Origin: Eledone cirrhosa
Taxonomy: Eukaryota
Direction: 5' to 3'
Length of the DNA: 64,000 nucleotides
NCBI GenBank assembly: GCA_964016885.1
Contig: OZ024743.1
Location: 114,080,001-114,144,000, forward strand
In this document: in pieces, positions 54,323 through 64,000 of the stretch
Layout of the letters: every line of letters begins with the position of its first letter
Numbering within the stretch: the stretch's first letter is position 1
The notes under the pieces: model-generated
Database searches by the model: none
Seen by the model: only the letters and a program-made list of their open reading frames with translations
What the model was told of the DNA's origin: nothing
Made by a program: the position numbers and the translations under genes

Positions 54323-57300
54323 GTGACATACACACACCGCCAGAGTGACAACCACACACAGCCTCACAGAGACAGAGTGACATACACACACAGCCACACC
54401 CACAGCCAGAGTGACAACCACACACAGCCTCACAGAGACAGAGTGACATACACACACAGCCACACACACAGACAGTGTGACATACACACACAGCCACACA
54501 CACAGACAGAGTGACATACACACACAGCCACACACACAGACAGACAGAGTGACAAACACACACAGCCACACACACAGACAGAGTGACAAACACACACAGC
54601 CACACACACAGACAGAGTCACATACAAACACAGCCACACACACAGACAGAGTGACAAACACACACAGCCACACACACAGACAGAGTGACAAACACACACA
54701 GCCACACACACAGACAGAGTGACAAACACGCACAGCCACACACACACAGACAGAGTGACAAACACAAGCAGACAGAGAGACGAACACACACAGCCTCACA
54801 CACAGACAGAGTGACATACACACACAGACACACACACAGACAGAGTGACAAACACACATAGCCACACACACAGACAGAGTGACAAATACACACAGACACA
54901 CACACAGACAGAGTGACATACACACACAGACACACACACAGACAGAGTGACAAACACACACAGCCACACACACAGACAGAGTGACAAACACACACAGCCA
55001 CAAACACAGACAGAGTGACAAACACACACAGCCACGCACAGACAGAGTGACATACACACACAGCCACACACACAGACAGAGTGACAAACACACACAGCCA
55101 CAAACACAGACAGAGTGACAAACACACACAGCCACGCACAGACAGAGTGACATACAAACACAGACACACACACAGACAGAGTGACAAACACACACAGCCA
55201 CACACACAGGCAGAGTGACATACACACACGGCCACACACACAGACAGAGTGACAATCACATACAGCCACACACAGCCACACACACAGACAGAGTGACAAA
55301 CACATACAGCCACACACACAAACAGAGTGACAAACACACACAGACACACACACAGACAGAGTGACAAACACAAACAGCCATACACACAGACAGAGTGACA
55401 AACACACACAGACACACACACAGGCAGTGTGACATACACACACAGCCACACACACAGACAGAGTGACATACACACACAGCCACACACACAGACAGAGTGA
55501 CAAACACACACAGCCACACACGCAGACAGAGTGACAACCACACACAGTCACACACAGACAGAGTGACATACACACACAGCCACACACAGCCACACACACA
55601 GACAGAGTGACAAACACACACAGCCACACACAGCCACACACACAGACAGAGTGACAAACACACACAGCCACACACAGCCACACACACAAACAGAGTGACA
55701 AACACACACAGCCACACATACAGACAGAGTGACAATCACACACAGCCACAGACACAGACAGAGTGACATACACACACAGCCACACACACGGACAGAGTGA
55801 CAAACACACACAGCCACACACAGATAGAGTGACAAACACACACAGCCACACACACAGACTGAGTGACAAACACACACAGCCACACACAGACAGAGTGACA
55901 AACACACACAGCCACACACACAGACAGAGTGACAAACACACACAGACAGAGTGACAAACACACACACCCACACACACAGACAGAGTGACAAACACACACA
56001 GCCACACACACAGACAGAGTGACAAACATACACATTCACACACACAGACAGAGTGACAAACACACACAGCCACACACAGCCACACACAGACAGAGTGACA
56101 AACACACACAGCCACACACACAGACAGAGTGACAAACACACACAGCCACAAACAGACAGAGTGACAAACACACACAGCCACACACACACACACAGACAGA
56201 GTGACATTCACACACAGCCACACACACAGACAGAGTGACAAACACACACAGCCACACACAGAGTGAGTGACAAACACACACAGCCACACACAGAGACAGA
56301 GTGACAAATACACACACACACACAGACAGAGTGACAAACACACACAACCACACACACAGACAGAGTGACATACACACACAGCCACACACACAGACAGAGT
56401 GACAACCACACTCAGCCACACACACAGACAGAGTGACATACACACACAGCCACACACACAGCCACACACACAGACAGTGTGACATACACACACAGCCACA
56501 CACACAGACAGAGTGACAAACACACACAGCCACACACACAGACAGAGTGACATACACACACAGCCACACACACAGACAGAGTGACAAACACACATAGCCA
56601 CACACACAGACAGAGTGACAATCACACACAGACACACACACAGACAGAGTGACATACACACACAGCCACATACAAAGACAGCGTGACAAACACACACAGC
56701 CACACAGACAGACAGAGTGACAATCACACACAGACACACATACAGACAGAGTGACATACACACACAGCCACATACACAGACAGAGTGACAATCACACACA
56801 GACACACACACAGACAGAGTGCCAAACACACACAGCCACACACACAGACAGAGTGACATACACACACACACACACACACAGACAGAGTAACAAACACACA
56901 CAGCCACACACACAGACAGAGTGATATACACACACAGCCACACACACAGACAGTGTGACATACACACACAGCCACACACACAGTGTGACATACACACACA
57001 GCCACACACACAGACAGAGAGACAAACACACACAGACAGAGAGACAAACACACACAGACACACACACAGAGTGACAAACACACACAGACACACACGCAGA
57101 CAGAGTAACAAACACACACAGCCACACAGACAGAGTGACAAACACACACAGCCACACAGACAGAATGACAATCACACACAGACACACACACAGACAGAGT
57201 GACATACACACATAGCCACACACAGACAGAGTGACAAACACACACAGATACACACACACACAGACAGAGTGACATACACACACAGCCACACACAGACAGA

Positions 57301-60300
57301 GTGACAAACACACACAGATAAACACACACACAGACAGAGTGACATACACACACAGCCACACACACAGACAGAGTGACAAACACACACAGCCACACACACA
57401 GGCAGTGTGACATACACACACAGCCACACACACAGAGAGTGTGACATACACACACAGCCACACACACAGACAGAGTGACAAACACACACAGCCACACACA
57501 CAGGCAGTGTGACATACACACACAGCCACGCACACAGAGAGTGTGACATACACACACAGCCACACACACAGACAGAGTGACATACACACACAGCCACACA
57601 CACAGACAGAGTGACAAACACACACAGCTACACACACAGACAGAGTGACAAACACACACAGCCACACACACACACAGTGTGACATACACACACAGCCACT
57701 CAAAGACAGATTGACAAACACACACAGACACACACACAGACAGAGTGATACACACACAGCCACACACACAGACAGAGAGACAAACACACACAGCCACACA
57801 CACAGACAGAATGACATACACACACAGCCACACACACAGACACAGTGACATACACACACAGCCACACACACAGACAGTGTGACATACACACACAGCCACA
57901 CACACAGACAGAGAGACAAACACACAGACACACACACAGACAGAGTGACATACACACACAGCCACACACAGACAGAGTGACAAACACACACAACCACACA
58001 CACAGACAGAGTGACATACACACACAGACACACACGCAGACAGAGTAACAAACACACACAGCCACACATACAGACAGAGTAACAAACACACACAGACCCA
58101 CACGCAGACAGAGTAACAAACACACACAGCCACACAGACAGAGTGACAAACACACACACACACACAGACAGAGTGACAAACACACACAGACACACACACA
58201 CACAGACAGAGTGACAAACACACACAGCCACACAGACAGAGTGACAAACACACACACACACACAGACAGAGTGACAAACACACACAGACACACACACACA
58301 GAAAGTGTGACAAACATACACACACACACAGACAGAGTGACAAACACACACAGACACACACACACAGACAGAGTGACAAACACACACAGACACACACAGA
58401 CAGAGTAACAAACACACACAGCCACACACACACAGACAGAGTGACAAACACACACAGACACACACAGACAGAGTGACAAACACACACAGCCACACACACA
58501 CAGACTGAGTGACAAACACACACAGATACACACACACAGACAGAGTGACATACACACACAGACAGATTGACAAACACACACAGACACACACACACAGACA
58601 AAGTGACATACACACACAGACACACACACAGACAGAGTGACAAACACACCCAGACACACACACACAGACAGAGTGACAAACACACACAGCCACACACACA
58701 GACAGAGTGACATACACACACACACACACACACAGACAGAGTGACATACACACACAGAGTGACTTACACACACACACACACACAGACAGAGTGACATACA
58801 CACACAGACACACACACAGACAGAGTGACAAACACACACAGCCACACACACAGACAGAGTGACATACACACACACACACACACACACACAGACAGAGTGA
58901 CAAACACACACAGCCACACACACAGACTGAGTGACAAACACACACAGCCACACACAGACAAAGTGACAACCACACACACACACACACAGGCAGAGTCACA
59001 TACACACGCAGCTACACACACAGACTGAGTGACAAACACACACAGCCACACGCAGACAGAGTGACATACACACACAGACACACACACAGACAGAGTGACA
59101 TACACACACAGCCACACACACACAGACTGAGTGACAAACACACACAGCCACACACACAGACAGAGTGACATACACACACAGCCACACACACAGCCACACA
59201 CACAGACAGAGTGACAAACACACACAGCCACACACAGACAGAGTGACAAACACACACAGCCACACACACAGACAGAGTGACAAACACACACAGCCACACA
59301 CAGACAGAGTGACAAACACACACAGCCACACACACAGACTGAGTGACAAACACACACAGCCACACACAGACAGAGTGACAAACACACACAGCCACACACA
59401 CAGACAGAGTGACAAACACACACAGACAGAGTGACAAACACACACACCCACACACACAGACAGAGTGACAAACACACACAGCCAGATACACAGACAGAGT
59501 GACAAACATACACATTCACACACATAGACAGAGTGACAAACACACACAGCCACACACAGCCACACACAGACAGAATGACAAACACACACAGCCACACACA
59601 CAGACAGAGTGACAAACACACACAGCCACAAACAGACAGAGTGACAAACACACACAGCCACACACACACACATAGACAGAGTGACATTCACACACAGCCA
59701 CACACACAGACAGAGTGACAAACACACACAGCCACACACAGACAGAGTGACAAACACACACAGCCACACACAGAGACAGAGTGACAAACACACACACACA
59801 CACAGGCAGAGTGACAAACACACACAACCACACACACAGACAGAGTGACATACACACACAGCCACACACACAGACAGAGTGACTTACACACACACACACA
59901 CACAGACAGAGTGACATACACACACAGACACACACACAGACAGAGTGACAAACACACACACACACACACAGACAAAGTGACAAACACACACAGCCACACA
60001 CACAGACTGAGTGACAAACACACACAGCCACACACAGACAGAGTGACAACCACACACACACACACACACACAGACAGAGTCACATACACACGCAGCCACA
60101 CACACAGACTGAGTGACAAACACACACAGCCACACACAGACAGAGTGACATACACACACAGACACACACACAGACAGAGTGACATACACACACAGACACC
60201 CACACAGACAGAGTGACAAACACACACAGCCACACACACAGACAGAGTGACATACACACACACACACACACAGACAAAGTGACAAACACACACAGCCACA

Positions 60301-63300
60301 CACACAGACTGAGTGACAAACACACACAGCCACACACAGACAGAGTGACAACCACACACACACACACAGACAGAGTCACATACAGACGCAGCCACACACA
60401 CAGACTGAGTGAGTGACAACCACACACACACACACAGACAGAGTGACATACACACACAGACACACACACAGACAGAGTGACAAACACACACAACCACACA
60501 CACAGACAGAGTGACAACCACACACACACACACACACAGACAGAGTGACAGACACACACAGCCACACACACAGACAGAGTGACATACACACACACACACA
60601 CACACAGACAGAGTGGCATACACACACAGACACACACACACAGACACACACACACAGACAGAGAGACAAACACACACAGCCACACACACAGACAGAGTGA
60701 CAAACACACACAGCCACACACAGACAGAGTGACATACACACACACACACAGACAGAGTGGCATACACACACAGACACACACACACACAGACACACGCAGA
60801 CAGAGTGACAAACACACACAGCCACACACAGACAGAGTGACACACACACACACACAGACAGAGTGTCATACACACACAGACACACACACACAGACAGAGT
60901 GACAAACACACACAGCCACACACAGACAGAGTGACATACACACACAGCCACACACACACAGACAGAGTGACAAACACACACAGCCACACACACAGACAGA
61001 GTGACATACACACACAGCCACACACACACAGACAGAGTGACAAACACACACAGCCACACACACAGACAGAGTGACATACACACACAGCCACACACACACA
61101 GACAGAGTGACAAACACACACAGACAGAGTGACAAACACACACAGACACACACAGACAGAGTGACAAACACACACACAGACAGAGTGACAAACACACACA
61201 GACACACACACAGACAGAGTGACAAACACACACACAGACAGAGTGACATGCACACACAGACACAGACACAGACAGAGTGACATACACACACAGACACACA
61301 CACAGACAGAGTGACATACACACACAGCCACATACAGACAGAGTGCCAAACACACACAGCCACACACGCAGACAGAGTGACATACACACACAGACACACA
61401 CACAGACAGAGTAACAAACACACACAGCCACACACACAGACAGAGTGACATACACACACAACCACACACACACAACCACACACACACAAACAGTGTGACA
61501 TACACACACAGCCACACACACAGACAGTGTGACATACACACGCAGCCACACACACAGACAGATTGACATACACACACAGCCACACACACAGACAGAGTGA
61601 CATACACACACAGACACACACACAGACGGAGAGACAAACACACACAGCCACACACACAGACAGAGTGACATACACACACAGCCACACACACAGACAGATT
61701 GACATACACACACAGCCACACACACAGACAGAGTGACATACACACACAGCCACACACACAGGCAGAGAGACAAACACACACAGCCACACACACAGACAGA
61801 GTGACATACACACACAGCCACACACACACAGACAGTGTGACATACACACACAGCCACACACACAGACAGATTGACATACACACACGGCCACACACACAGA
61901 CAGCGTGACATACACACACAGCCACACACACAGACAGAGAGACAAACACACACAGCCACACACACAGACAGAGTGAGATACACACACAGCCACACACACA
62001 GACAGATTGACATACACACACAGCCACACACACAGACAGAGTGACATACACACACAGCCACACACACAGACAGAGAGACAAACACACACAGCCACACACA
62101 CAGCCACACACACAGACAGTGTGACATACACACACAGCCACACACACAGTGTGACATACACACACAGCCACACACACAGACAGAGAGACAAACACACAGA
62201 CACACACACAGACAGAGTGACAAACACACACGGCCACACACACAGACAGTGTGACATACACACACAGACACACACACAGACAGAGTGACAAACACACACA
62301 GCCACACACACAGACAGAGTGACAAACACACACAGCCACACACACAGACAGTGACAAACGCACACAGACAGAGGGACATACACACACAGGCACACACACA
62401 GACAGAGTGACAAACACACACAGCCACACAGACAGAGTGACAAACACACACACACACACAGACAGAGTGACAAACACACACAGACACACACAGACAGAGT
62501 GACAAACATACACACACACACAGACAGAGTGACAAACACACACAGACAAACACACACAGACAGAGTGACAAACACACACAGACACACACAGACAGAGTGA
62601 CAAACATACACACACACACAGACAGAGTGACAAACACACACAGACAAACACACACAGAGTGACAAACACACACAGACACACACAGACAGAGTGACAAACA
62701 CACACAGCCACACACACACAGACAGAGTGAGAAACACACACAGACAGAGTGACATACACACATAGCCACACACACAGACAGAGTGACATACACACACAGC
62801 CACACACACACAGACAGAGTGACAAACACACACAGACAGAGTGACAAACACACACAGACACACACACAGACAGAGTGACAAACACACACACAGACAGAGT
62901 GACAAACACACAGAGCCACACACAGACAGAGTGACATGCACACTCAGTCACACACACAGACAGAGTGACAAACACACACAGCCACATACAGACAGAGTGC
63001 CAAACACACACAGCCACACACACAGACAGAGTGACATACACACACAGCCACACACACAGACAGTGTGACATACACACACAGCCACACACACAGACAGTGT
63101 GACATACACACACAGCCACACACACAGACAGTATGACATACACACACAGCCACACACACAGACAGAGTGACATACACACACAGCCACACACACAGACAGA
63201 GAGACAAACACACACAGCCACACACACAGACAGAGTGACATACACACACAGCCACACACACAGACAGAGTGACAAACACACACAGCCACACACACAGACA

Positions 63301-63802
63301 GAGAGACAAACACACAGACACACACACAGACAGAGTGACAAACACACACGGCCACACACACAGACAGTGTGACATACACACACAGACACACATGCAGACA
63401 GAGTAACAAACACACACAGCCACACATACACACAGAGTAACAAACACACACAGACACACACGCAGACAGAGTAACAAACACACACAGCAACACAAACAGA
63501 GTGACAAACACACACACACACACACAGACAGAGTGACAAACACACACACACACACAGACAGAGTGACAAACACACACAGACACACACAGACAGAGTGACA
63601 CACATACACACACACACAGACAGAGTGACAAACACACACAGACACACACACACAGACAGAGTGACAAACACACACAGCCACACACACAGACAGAGTGACA
63701 TACACACACAGCCACACACACAGACAGAGTGACATACACACACAGCCACACACACAGACAGAGTGACATACACACACACACACACACACACAGACAGAGT
63801 GG

Positions 63803-63838
<36 letters not shown>

Positions 63839-64000
63839 GAGTGACAACCGCACACACACACACACACACAGACAGAGTGACAAACACACACAGCCACACA
63901 CAGACAGAGTGACATACACACACACACACACACACACACAGACAGAGTGACATACACACACAGACACACACACAAAGACAGAGTGACATACACACACAGA
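54323..64000. repeat. Higher-order repeat copy 2 (offset about 14.6-15.0 kb)
   Basis: Same rare variants in the same order (CACCGCCAGAG, GAGACGAAC, ACTCAAAGACAGATTG, GCCAGATAC, GACGGAGAG, AGCAACACAAAC). Confidence 0.9.

Larger units (their letters stand above)
26700..64000. repeat. Large satellite of a 34-bp CA-derived monomer CAGACAGAGTGACA(A/T)ACACACACAGCCACACACA, over 37 kb, runs off the window end
   Basis: GAGTGACA anchor every 22-44 bp, modal 34; monomer lengths mostly vary by dinucleotide steps. Confidence 0.97.

Noticed and set aside
26523-63997. Very long Cys/Val/Leu-rich minus-strand ORFs (up to 1965 aa) and His/Thr-rich plus-strand ORFs
   Set aside because: All three minus frames are open because the TG-rich strand rarely forms stops; the 34-bp unit and 2-bp indels do not preserve frame; no domain is recognisable
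26700-64000. Telomeric repeat
   Set aside because: No TTAGGG/CCCTAA arrays; chromosomal position cannot be inferred from this window

Overview
AT-rich, repeat-dominated eukaryotic DNA with no supportable intact protein-coding gene. The SINE motifs and microsatellite load resemble cephalopod (Octopus-like) genomic DNA; this is from recall, not a database check. 1-3.1 kb holds two minisatellite arrays. 3.1-24.5 kb is a mosaic of two RTE-clade LINE remnants, two pieces of an L1/Tx1-like LINE, about 14 pieces of one tRNA-derived SINE family (including a head-to-tail pile-up at 22.75-23.57 kb), a CORE-type SINE, six copies of a TTAA-targeting piggyBac-type MITE (one nested in another), Penelope/hammerhead-like motifs and an unclassified ~200-bp repeat. 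24.5-26.2 kb is a ~95-bp tandem array. 26.7-64 kb is a 34-bp CA-derived satellite with a ~14.7-15 kb higher-order duplication. The long Cys/Val- and Phe/Ser/Leu-rich ORFs are artefacts of these repeats. The best lead is a possible SINE / Tx1-like LINE partnership: both end in a short stem-loop with a CTTGT loop followed by AGAAA..ATTA, and they repeatedly sit at ATTA/TAAT sites, including each other's tails.
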